In this document: positions 39,856 to 48,464 of the stretch, one piece after another
How positions within the stretch are numbered: position 1 is the stretch's first letter
Layout of the letters: each line of letters opens with the position of its first letter
Source: an uncultured Bacilli bacterium
Lineage (GTDB): Bacteria; Bacillota_I; Bacilli_A; RF39; UBA660
Direction of reading: 5' to 3'
Length of the DNA: 64,000 nt
Assembly (NCBI GenBank): GCA_934120635.1
Contig: CAKOUR010000008.1
Coordinates: forward strand, 2,042-66,041
Made by a program: the position numbers and the translations under genes
The notes under the pieces: model-generated
Told to the model about the DNA's origin: nothing
Seen by the model: the letters and a program-made list of their open reading frames with translations, nothing else
The model's database searches: none

Positions 39856-40716
39856 ATGAAAGTTAGTAATCATTGGCAGGAATATTCTTGTCTTGCTAGT
39901 GGAGATGGAGAAAAAATTGAAAAGTGGGGAAATATTATTTTAAGAAGACCTGATCCGCAAATTATTTGGAAAAAATCAAAAGATAAGATTTGGAATGAGT
40001 GGGATGCATGGTACCATAGAAGTAATAAAGGAGGAGGGAATTGGGAATTTAAGAAAACTCTTCCTTCTGAATGGAAAATTCATTATAAGGATTTAACTTT
40101 TAAGGTTAGTCCTACTAATTTTAAACATACTGGTATTTTTCCTGAACAAGCTACTAATTGGGATTATGTGATGGAAAAAATTCAATCATCTTCTCAAAGA
40201 GAATTTAGAGTTTTAAATTTATTTGCTTATACAGGGTGTGCTACAATGGCAGCTTCTTTTGCTGGAGCTAGCGAGGTGGTTCACGTTGATGCTTCTAAAG
40301 GAATGATCGAATGGGCAAAAGAGAATATGCATTTGTGTGGACTGGATGATCATAAGATTCGTTTTATTGTAGATGATGTGATTAAATTTTTGGAAAGAGA
40401 GAAGAGAAGGGGAAGGACATATCATGGAATTATTATGGATCCTCCTAGTTATGGAAGGGGTCCTAAGGGGGAAGTATGGAGATTAGAGGATAATTTGCAA
40501 GAATTATTGGATAAAGTTAAAGATGTGTTAGATGATGATTTTTCTTTTCTACTAATAAATTCTTATACAACTGGTATTTCTCCTACTTCTTTGGAAAATA
40601 TCTTAAAGTTGACTTTTCCTCATACTAATATTGATACTGGAGAAATAGGATTACCAATTATTGAAAATGATTTGGTACTTCCTTGTGGAATATATGGAAG
40701 AATTACAAAAGATTAA
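39856..40716 (+). CDS. Class I SAM-dependent (RlmI/YwbD-like) methyltransferase
   Basis: VLNLFAYTGCATMAASFAGASEVVHVD (motif I) and IIMDPPSYGRG (motif IV). Confidence 0.75.
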   Translation: MKVSNHWQEYSCLASGDGEKIEKWGNIILRRPDPQIIWKKSKDKIWNEWDAWYHRSNKGGGNWEFKKTLPSEWKIHYKDLTFKVSPTNFKHTGIFPEQATNWDYVMEKIQSSSQREFRVLNLFAYTGCATMAASFAGASEVVHVDASKGMIEWAKENMHLCGLDDHKIRFIVDDVIKFLEREKRRGRTYHGIIMDPPSYGRGPKGEVWRLEDNLQELLDKVKDVLDDDFSFLLINSYTTGISPTSLENILKLTFPHTNIDTGEIGLPIIENDLVLPCGIYGRITKD

Positions 40717-41374
40717 TGTTATTTATGAGGATAATCATTTGCTTGTTGTGGAGAAACCTATAAATGTTCCTGTATGTGCTGATAGTTCTTTAGATAAAGA
40801 TTTGCTTTCTATATTGAAAGATTATTTGAAAGAGAAATATCATAAACCAGGAAATGTTTATTTAGGTTTAGTTCATCGTTTAGATAGACCTGTTTCTGGA
40901 GTTATGGTTTTTGCTAAAACAAGTAAGGCTGCTAGTAGGCTTGGAAAACAAGTAAGTGATCATACTTTAAAGAAAGAATATGTTGCTGTTGTAGAGGGAA
41001 AAGTTCCTGTTAAGGGAGAATTTGTTGATTATTTAAGAAAAGATGAAAAGAAAAATATTTCTTATGTTACGGATAAACATCATGGAAAAGAAGCTAGGCT
41101 TTATTATAAAAGACTGGATTATAAAAATGGATTTAGTTTAGTGGAAATTCATTTGGAAACTGGTCGTAGTCACCAGATTCGTGTGCAGTTTTCTTCAAGA
41201 GGTTTTTCATTAGTTGGAGATGCTAAATATAATAAAAACCATGATGGAAAGACTAGTATTGCTTTATTTGCTAAAAAGTTATCTTTTTATCATCCTATTA
41301 CGAAAGAATTATTACAGTTTGAAATTGATATACCAAAAAGATACCCATTTTCTTTATTTTCGAAAAATACTTAA
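40694..41374 (+). CDS. RluA-family pseudouridine synthase
   Basis: IYEDNHLLVVEKP, catalytic HRLDRPVSGVMVFAKT, TGRSHQIRVQ. The start is taken at ATG 40694 and overlaps the previous gene. Confidence 0.85.
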   Translation: MEELQKINVIYEDNHLLVVEKPINVPVCADSSLDKDLLSILKDYLKEKYHKPGNVYLGLVHRLDRPVSGVMVFAKTSKAASRLGKQVSDHTLKKEYVAVVEGKVPVKGEFVDYLRKDEKKNISYVTDKHHGKEARLYYKRLDYKNGFSLVEIHLETGRSHQIRVQFSSRGFSLVGDAKYNKNHDGKTSIALFAKKLSFYHPITKELLQFEIDIPKRYPFSLFSKNT

Positions 41375-41530
41375 AAAGTCTTTTCTTTTTTAGAATTAAT
41401 GAATTGTAAAAAACATGTCTTGTTGGATTGATCATTTAAGAACTATTGTACTTAGGAAAAATATAAAAGATTTGTTCACTAAAATAAAAATAATTTTTTA
41501 ATTATATTCCTAATTTTGAAAGGAGAAAAT

Positions 41531-41776
41531 ATGATGTTCTCGTATTATGATATTCTAACTTTAATGAAATACAACAAACAGCCAAAAAAAATATTGGTTC
41601 ATTGTACTAATAGTGTAGTACATTATGAATATAATGATGAATGTAAATGTTATTTATTAGTTCATGATGAATTATTGAATGAAGAGGAATTAAGCACATG
41701 GGATAGCTACTTAAGTGATTATTTTTCTGAAAGTATGATGTTTGAAAAATGTATTGAAATTGTTAGTGATAAATAA
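41531..41776 (+). CDS. Hypothetical small protein (81 aa)
   Basis: AAAGGAGAAAAT precedes ATGATG at 41531. No motif. Confidence 0.4.
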   Translation: MMFSYYDILTLMKYNKQPKKILVHCTNSVVHYEYNDECKCYLLVHDELLNEEELSTWDSYLSDYFSESMMFEKCIEIVSDK

Positions 41777-41789
41777 AGTATAATTTTGA

Positions 41790-41818
41790 GGAGTAGATTA
41801 AATTTCTATTCCTTTTTT
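41790..41818 (+). terminator. Terminator after the 41531 ORF
   Basis: GGAGTAGA...TCTATTCC stem (one G-T pair) followed by T6. Confidence 0.5.
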
Positions 41819-41887
41819 GTCTAAAGGTAGTATAGTTACAACTAAAAAAAATATATATGGAAAATTAATATCTATTTTTAAATAGGT

Positions 41888-41927
41888 CTAAAATAAGAGT
41901 AGTTTCTATTTTGAAATTACTCTTATT
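41888..41927 (-). terminator. Terminator overlapping the dnaE stop codon
   Basis: 10-bp stem AATAAGAGTA / TACTCTTATT with a T-run on the minus strand. Confidence 0.45.
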
Positions 41928-44895
41928 TACTTTCTAATAAATTTAAGCTATTTACAATAATTTGGTACTTATCAAATCTTTTCTCGACACGGCCTAAAAT
42001 ACGAATGATATCTTTTTTCTTAATATTATTATATTGTTTATAAGTTTTAGGAAACAGTGTTAAAGAGATTTGTCCATATTCATCAGATGCTGTGACAAAT
42101 GACATAATGTCATTATTTTTAGTGGTTACTTCTTTGATATTATCAATTGATAATACCATAGAGATAGTTCTATCGAAGTATTTTTCAATAGATAATGTAT
42201 CAATGTCAGAGTCTTTTTTATAAATATTTGTAGGATGATTACTAAGATAAAAACCAAATGTATCTAATTGATTTTCTATTTTTTCTTCTTTTGTATATTC
42301 TTCATATTGTTTTAAACTAAGAGGAGGTAAGTCAATCATTCCTGCATTTTTAGAGATAAGAATATAATTAAAAATTTCTTCAAGATTATTGATTAGTGTT
42401 TTTTCATTGGTACCAAAAGAATTAAAGCAGCCAGACTTGATTAAAGAAATAATTGCTTTTTTATTTAGACTACCTGGTTTATTTTCAGTTAAAGGAGAAG
42501 GATTTTTTGAAGAAGGGGAATAATTTCTTTCTAAAAAATTAATAAAAGAAGTGTATGGAGCTAGTTTTCTTTCTTCAATGATTTGCTTAGAAATTGTTGT
42601 ACCTACATTTTTAATGATTGATAGGGGACAAATTATTTTTTTGTCTTGTACTTGGTAATTTGTTGTACTTTTGTTAATATCAGGAGGTAAGATTTCGATT
42701 TTATTCTGTCTTATTTCTGATAAGTAAAGTTTGGTTTTATAGTCGTTACCAATGACATTATTTAAAATGGCTGTTTCAAAATATTGAAAGAAGTATGTTT
42801 TTAAAAATGCCATCTTGTAAGCAACAGTAGCGTAGCCAACAGAATGGGATTTATTGAATCCATAATTTGCAAATTTTAAAATTAAGTTATAGATTTGTTC
42901 TGCTTGCATTTTGGTATGTCCATTAGAAAGAGATTTTTCAATAAATTTTGGTTTTTCTTCTAGAAGGATTTGTTCTTTCTTTTTAGAGATTGCTCTTCTT
43001 AGAATATCAGCTTCTCCTAGAGTATATCCTGCATAAGTTCTAGCGATTTCTAAGATTTGTTCTTGATAGATAATAATGCCGTAAGTTGGTTTTAAGATTT
43101 TTTCTAAGCATTTATCTGGGTAAGTTACTATTTCTAATCCTTCTTTTCTTCTTATATAATTATCAATAAACTCCATAGCACCTGGTCTGTAAAGAGCAAT
43201 GGCAGCTACTAAGTCATCAAAGCTAGCAACTTTTAATTTTTCTAAGAAACGTTTCATTCCTGGTGACTCAAATTGGAAGATTCCATCTGTTTTTACTTTT
43301 GAAAATACTTCTAGTGTTTTTTTGTCATCTAAAGGGATATTTTGAAAGGTAATGTTTATTTTTTCTTGTTTTCTAATATTTGTTAAGACTTCTTGAATTA
43401 AAGTTAAGTTGGATATTCCTAAGAAATCCATTTTTAAGAGACCTAAAGGTTCTAGGTAATTCATGGAGTATGCAGTTGTGTAAATTCCTCTATTATTTTT
43501 GTAAAGAGGGATGGTTTCATCAATTGAGATACGGCTGATGACTATTCCTGATGCATGAATTCCAATGTTTCTTGGTAATCCTTCTAGATGGATGGCAATG
43601 TTAAATAGTTTTTGATAAGAAGAATTTTCTGCTAATAAGCGTTTTAATTTGACATTATTTGACATTGTTTCTTGTAAAGTTTCTTTGGGAGAAAATAATT
43701 TTGTTAGGTTATCTACTTCTGGTATAGGTATATTTAATGTTCTTGCTACATCTCTTACTACTTGTTTTGCTGCTAGAGTATCAAAGGTAATAATACCGGC
43801 TACTTTTTTTTCTCCATATTTATTTATACAATAATTGATAACATCTTGCCGTTTTTCACTATCAAAATCAATATCAATATCGGGCATTGTTATCCTTTCA
43901 GGATTTAGAAAGCGTTCAAATAATAAATCATATTTTATGGGGTCTATATCAATAATTCCTAGAGTATAGCTAACAAGACTACCCGCAGCAGATCCTCTTC
44001 CTGGACCTACTAGAATATTATTTTTTTTTGCATATTTGACATAATCCCAGACGATTAAAAAGTAATTACAAAAGTTCATTTTATTAATAATATTTAATTC
44101 TTTTTCTAAACGGGTAATATAAATTTCTGGTATATTGTTATTCAGTCTTCTTTTTAATCCTTTTTGACATAAGTATTTTAGATAATCATAAGCATTTATT
44201 TTTTCATCATAAATGGGTAATAAATTCTTGGTATAGCCAATTTCTACGTTGCATAAGTCTGCTATTTCTTTCGTTATATTTATATCTATTGTAGTAGTTT
44301 GTTCTAATAATTCTTGTTCATTCATTAAATGATGGCCACTATTTTCATTTAAGTGATATTCTCCTATTACTTTTTGTTCTTTTATCATTATTAAATAGTC
44401 TAAGTATTTATGGTCTTCTTTTTCTAGATAAGAAACATTATTTATAAATACTTTGTCTTCTTTTATTTTGTCTTGTTCTTCTTTTGTAGAATATCCAATA
44501 TAATGATATTTATATATATTATAGATTTCTTCATTAAAGAAAGAATAGGGGATAACTAAAATTAAGTCATTTTGATAGAGAGTTAGATCTTCTAATGTAA
44601 TATTTCTTTCTGATACAATTGTGGATAATTTTATTAGATTTTTGTAACCTTGATTATTCATAGCATATAATAAAATATTTTTATCTTCTACTTCTAACTC
44701 TAGTCCTATTACTGGTTTGATATTATTTTTTTTACATTCTTGATAAAATGCTGGTACTCCAAACATATTGTTGTGATCTGTAATAGCAAGAGATTGATAT
44801 CCTAATGATTTTGCTTTTTGAATAAGATCAGGGATGCGAATTAAACTGCTTAATAGAGTGTAACTTGTTTTTAATTGAAGGGGTATGTAAATCAT
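41923..44895 (-). CDS. dnaE: DNA polymerase III alpha subunit (DnaE type)
   Basis: N-terminal PHP domain (LAITDHNNMFG), PDIDIDF catalytic motif, FNKSHS.GYA and a C-terminal OB fold. 990 aa. Confidence 0.93.
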   Translation of the reverse strand: MIYIPLQLKTSYTLLSSLIRIPDLIQKAKSLGYQSLAITDHNNMFGVPAFYQECKKNNIKPVIGLELEVEDKNILLYAMNNQGYKNLIKLSTIVSERNITLEDLTLYQNDLILVIPYSFFNEEIYNIYKYHYIGYSTKEEQDKIKEDKVFINNVSYLEKEDHKYLDYLIMIKEQKVIGEYHLNENSGHHLMNEQELLEQTTTIDINITKEIADLCNVEIGYTKNLLPIYDEKINAYDYLKYLCQKGLKRRLNNNIPEIYITRLEKELNIINKMNFCNYFLIVWDYVKYAKKNNILVGPGRGSAAGSLVSYTLGIIDIDPIKYDLLFERFLNPERITMPDIDIDFDSEKRQDVINYCINKYGEKKVAGIITFDTLAAKQVVRDVARTLNIPIPEVDNLTKLFSPKETLQETMSNNVKLKRLLAENSSYQKLFNIAIHLEGLPRNIGIHASGIVISRISIDETIPLYKNNRGIYTTAYSMNYLEPLGLLKMDFLGISNLTLIQEVLTNIRKQEKINITFQNIPLDDKKTLEVFSKVKTDGIFQFESPGMKRFLEKLKVASFDDLVAAIALYRPGAMEFIDNYIRRKEGLEIVTYPDKCLEKILKPTYGIIIYQEQILEIARTYAGYTLGEADILRRAISKKKEQILLEEKPKFIEKSLSNGHTKMQAEQIYNLILKFANYGFNKSHSVGYATVAYKMAFLKTYFFQYFETAILNNVIGNDYKTKLYLSEIRQNKIEILPPDINKSTTNYQVQDKKIICPLSIIKNVGTTISKQIIEERKLAPYTSFINFLERNYSPSSKNPSPLTENKPGSLNKKAIISLIKSGCFNSFGTNEKTLINNLEEIFNYILISKNAGMIDLPPLSLKQYEEYTKEEKIENQLDTFGFYLSNHPTNIYKKDSDIDTLSIEKYFDRTISMVLSIDNIKEVTTKNNDIMSFVTASDEYGQISLTLFPKTYKQYNNIKKKDIIRILGRVEKRFDKYQIIVNSLNLLESK

Positions 44896-45009
44896 TTTGT
44901 CATCTCCTTAAAATACTTATCTAGAACTTCTTTTTCTTTATTATAACATGAAAAAAGATATCATGTTTTTCAAAAGTATAATTTTTTGGACAATGATATC
45001 TTTTTATGA

Positions 45010-45651
45010 CTAATTTTTTTGTAGTTGTTTTTTATAAGTGTCTTTGTTTTGATTTTCTTTGTACTCTTTTCTAAGACGATTTAAAATTTCATCTAATTCT
45101 GTTGTGGTGAAAGTACCACCATTTTCCGTTAATTTTTTCATTTCTTCATCAGTTAAATAATTAAATAAAGGTTCTCCTTCATCAAAATGAATGAAAACTG
45201 GGCAAAAATCATTGACATGATCTTGAGGAGTAGTGTTTGGGTCTAATCTATAATAAGCCCGAAAAAGGCCATGATACTCATCATAAATGCAATCTACTAA
45301 ACTTTGACATAATATATATAGATTTGACTCATTATTGATATCGTTATTTTCTATTACAGTTAATTTGTTGATATCAAATACTTCAACATTTTGTAATTGC
45401 TTCTTTTGTTCTTTTAAATCATTAATTTCTGCTTCTAAGTTATTTCTTTTAGAGACATAATTACTTAAATATTTATCTGTCAATTCATCAATAGTATCGT
45501 CAGTTTTAGTAGCAGTTAAATCAGTTTCATTGTTTGGGGTATTGATTTTTGAATCAATCTTTCCTGCAACAAAACCTGACATTATTAGTACTATACTTAG
45601 CCCTCCAGATATAATTCTATTCTTTAAATCTTGATTAATTCTTATTTTCAT
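45010..45651 (-). CDS. Hypothetical membrane-anchored protein
   Basis: Start at ATG 45651 after AAGGA. N-terminal TM helix GGLSIVLIMSGFVAG, then a coiled-coil segment. Confidence 0.5.
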   Translation of the reverse strand: MKIRINQDLKNRIISGGLSIVLIMSGFVAGKIDSKINTPNNETDLTATKTDDTIDELTDKYLSNYVSKRNNLEAEINDLKEQKKQLQNVEVFDINKLTVIENNDINNESNLYILCQSLVDCIYDEYHGLFRAYYRLDPNTTPQDHVNDFCPVFIHFDEGEPLFNYLTDEEMKKLTENGGTFTTTELDEILNRLRKEYKENQNKDTYKKQLQKN

Positions 45652-45815
45652 ATGTATTTCCTTCTTTCGGGAACTATGATAGCAGAGATTTACTTCATTT
45701 GTCAAGAAATAAATTTTTGTATCTTATTATTAACTTAAATTTTGAGTTAAACAAATTTATGAAAAAGGGATAAGGAAGTATTTTTTGAATAAAAAATTCC
45801 TATGTTAGAGAGTGT

Positions 45816-46094
45816 CTATATTCTCCACATTAGGAATGCGATTAAAACAACACCAAGGGCTATGATTAATGCTAGGGTAAAGATTGGTGCGAATCCCTCA
45901 CTTTTTACACCGATATCTGATGTAAATGTTCCTTTGGCTTTTGCTCCTTTTTTCATATATTTGTTATTACTTTCTGGTCTTTGTAATTTATAGTTTGGTT
46001 TTAAGTTTACTTTTTCGTCTGTATCTGATGTGATAATCATTTCTGATTTTCTTCCTTTTTCATCAACAAAATCTTGTACAACACTATTTTTCAT
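45816..46094 (-). CDS. Hypothetical small protein with a C-terminal TM helix
   Basis: ATG at 46094 preceded by AGGAAAAAAG. C-terminal FAPIFTLALIIALGVVLIAFLMW. Lies immediately downstream of dnaI. Confidence 0.45.
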   Translation of the reverse strand: MKNSVVQDFVDEKGRKSEMIITSDTDEKVNLKPNYKLQRPESNNKYMKKGAKAKGTFTSDIGVKSEGFAPIFTLALIIALGVVLIAFLMWRI

Positions 46095-46104
46095 TCTTTT
46101 TTCC

Positions 46105-47028
46105 TCACTTTCGTTTATTTTCACTGACTAAAGTCATTTCTGTTGTCAGTTGTTTTATTCTTTCGATAATTCTTTTGGCTTTTACACGGTCGATTCCTTT
46201 GGTTGTTGTTCCAAAGTGTTCTTCTAAATCTTTAATGGTTAGGTTGGAAGTAAAAAAAGTGGTTAATCCTTCTTGGCTTCTATGTTGAAGAATATTTCCT
46301 AATACTTCATCTCGACTCCATTCAGTCATTGTTTCTGCTCCAATATCATCGATTAATAGAACTTCAACATTTTTTAGTAGTTTAAATTTTTCATTGTAAG
46401 TTTCTGCATTACCAAAAGATTCTTTTAGGCTTCTTAGTAATTCTGGATAATAAATAATTGCGACTTTATGATTCTTTTTAGCTAGTTCATTTAAGGTTGC
46501 TGAGATAAGATAAGTCTTTCCACATCCAAAATTACCATTTAGGTATAATCCTTTCATTCCTGTTTTGGGGTGATAATTATCAAGAAAATTTTTCAACCAT
46601 TTGATAATTTCAAAGCGATTTGGATCGTTAATATCAATATTTTTCATACTAGCTTCTTTAATTTCTTTAGGGATATCGAAAAGATAAATGTTTTCTTTAT
46701 ATTTGTTTCTTTTGTCTAATTCTTTTTTATATTTACAGGGAATATAATCAAATACTAAATTATTATTTAAAAGTTCTGGATAGTAAACATATCCTGGATA
46801 GGAGTTTTTACATTCTAAAATATTTTTACAATGTTTACAATTCTTTAATTCTTTTGCTGTTTCTTCTAAAGAAGTTGTATATTTCATTAGGTATGATTTT
46901 GGCAAGTCGAGTTTTTCTACAACTTTTTTGAAGGTAGTATTACTTTCTAGTGTTTTTTCATAATCTTCGTCTAGTTTTTGGAGATTTAGATTATATGTTT
47001 CATTTAAAACCTCTTTTATTCCTTTCAT
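46105..47028 (-). CDS. dnaI: Primosomal helicase loader DnaI
   Basis: N-terminal Cys cluster (CKHCKN..C), AAA+ Walker A GNFGCGKTYL and Walker B LLIDDIGAE. Confidence 0.88.
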   Translation of the reverse strand: MKGIKEVLNETYNLNLQKLDEDYEKTLESNTTFKKVVEKLDLPKSYLMKYTTSLEETAKELKNCKHCKNILECKNSYPGYVYYPELLNNNLVFDYIPCKYKKELDKRNKYKENIYLFDIPKEIKEASMKNIDINDPNRFEIIKWLKNFLDNYHPKTGMKGLYLNGNFGCGKTYLISATLNELAKKNHKVAIIYYPELLRSLKESFGNAETYNEKFKLLKNVEVLLIDDIGAETMTEWSRDEVLGNILQHRSQEGLTTFFTSNLTIKDLEEHFGTTTKGIDRVKAKRIIERIKQLTTEMTLVSENKRK

Positions 47029-47029
47029 T

Positions 47030-48331
47030 TTATCGATACTCCTTTAGTAAGTCTTGCATTTCTTTTTGTTCTTCTATGCTTGCTTCTTTTTTTTCTATAT
47101 TTTTATTAAACCATTCTGGTACTTTTTCTTCTTTAGGGGTTCTTGTTTTTGTAGGACTTCCTTTTTTATATTTTTTATGTTCTTTTTCTGCTAAACGCAT
47201 TGCATCATCAACAGTTTCTATTTTTTGTCGTTGCCATTGTCCAGCGATTGTTTCGGCTAATCCGCGGGTTAATTTATTATTATTTGTCTTTAGGATATAA
47301 TCTATTAGCACATTGACAACTCCTGCTTTTAATCCATAATTAAAGATTAAATCTTCTGCTAATTTTAAGTCTCTTGAAGTTGGTTCTGCACCATTATTTT
47401 TACTTTTTAATAAATCGTAAGGGCTAACGGTTTCAAATGTATAAATCATTTTAGCTCTCTTAGAAGTATCACCAACTGGTTCTTTTAAGTATTCTGGTTG
47501 TGTATTATAAACTACTGTTGGTAGTAATCCGTGATTATCGAATTGATAGTAGTTGCGGCAAGTTTTTCTTAATTCTTCTTTATTTAGAGTTCCTCTTTCT
47601 GTGATACAAATAGGGATAATATCTTGCATTTTTATGACATCTAAATTATATAAGAAAGAGAGTTGTAAAATTAATTCTTGCGTATCTTTAGTAAAAATTT
47701 TATTTTTATCTAGACCACTTGGTAAAGAATTGGCTAAGAACTCAAAATCAAAGTTAGTATTAATATTTAACTTTTGGACATTATTTTTCCTAATATCACT
47801 ATTTACTACTTCATAAGAGGTTAATGGTACAGTAGAAAATATTTCTGTAAACGATACAGTTATATCTTGATAATTGTTGGTTGATAATCTTGGTGCTTTG
47901 AAGTAATCTAAAACTTTTTCATATTCTTTTTTTCCTACATTATTATATAAAACAACATTTAAGATTGGATGATTAAAAAAATCATTTGCTTTAATTGGAG
48001 AATATAATTGATAAATATAATTTCCTGTTGTATCTTCTTTAAAATACGTTTTTAAAAGTCCGATTGCTTCTAGTTTAAGTCTTGCTTTTTCGATTTCTGA
48101 TAGCGATATTTGCATATTTGTTACTAAGTGATGATGTGTATATTCTGTGCTGATTAATTTTGATTTGTCTAAATCAGACCAAAATGTAAAATATAGCATA
48201 ACCGCAAGAGGGCCTATGATTGGTTGATATAACATGGTTAGTATGAGTCTATCTTCTGCTGTAATTATGCTTTTGTTTACTACAATATAAGTATCTGCAG
48301 GAGATATTCCTTTTAAATTTAATTCTTTCAT
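47030..48331 (-). CDS. dnaB: Replication initiation and membrane attachment protein DnaB (Firmicute type)
   Basis: DnaB_2/DnaD-like repeats and a basic C-terminus. Lies directly upstream of dnaI with a 1-nt gap. Confidence 0.75.
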   Translation of the reverse strand: MKELNLKGISPADTYIVVNKSIITAEDRLILTMLYQPIIGPLAVMLYFTFWSDLDKSKLISTEYTHHHLVTNMQISLSEIEKARLKLEAIGLLKTYFKEDTTGNYIYQLYSPIKANDFFNHPILNVVLYNNVGKKEYEKVLDYFKAPRLSTNNYQDITVSFTEIFSTVPLTSYEVVNSDIRKNNVQKLNINTNFDFEFLANSLPSGLDKNKIFTKDTQELILQLSFLYNLDVIKMQDIIPICITERGTLNKEELRKTCRNYYQFDNHGLLPTVVYNTQPEYLKEPVGDTSKRAKMIYTFETVSPYDLLKSKNNGAEPTSRDLKLAEDLIFNYGLKAGVVNVLIDYILKTNNNKLTRGLAETIAGQWQRQKIETVDDAMRLAEKEHKKYKKGSPTKTRTPKEEKVPEWFNKNIEKKEASIEEQKEMQDLLKEYR

Positions 48332-48394
48332 ACAACCACTGTCCTCTTAGTTACATTTTATAATAAAAGTGGGGAAAAGTAAAGGTTTATCAAA

Positions 48395-48424
48395 ATAGAA
48401 AAAAGAACTTTTGTTGTTCTTTTA
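48395..48424 (-). terminator. Terminator after the 725-aa gene
   Basis: On the minus strand, AAAAGAAC-N7-GTTCTTTT followed by a T-run. Confidence 0.5.
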
Positions 48425-48464
48425 AATATTTAAATTACTTATTTATATTTTTATATTTATTAGG

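Noticed and set aside
45771-45795. SigH-type promoter reading of AGGAAGT...GAATA
   Set aside because: The spacer between the AGGA element and GAAT is about 8-10 nt, shorter than the 11-12 nt after the full -35 element required by the SigH consensus.
45802-45993. 63-aa plus-strand ORF
   Set aside because: It is antisense to the small TM-protein gene downstream of dnaI and has no RBS.
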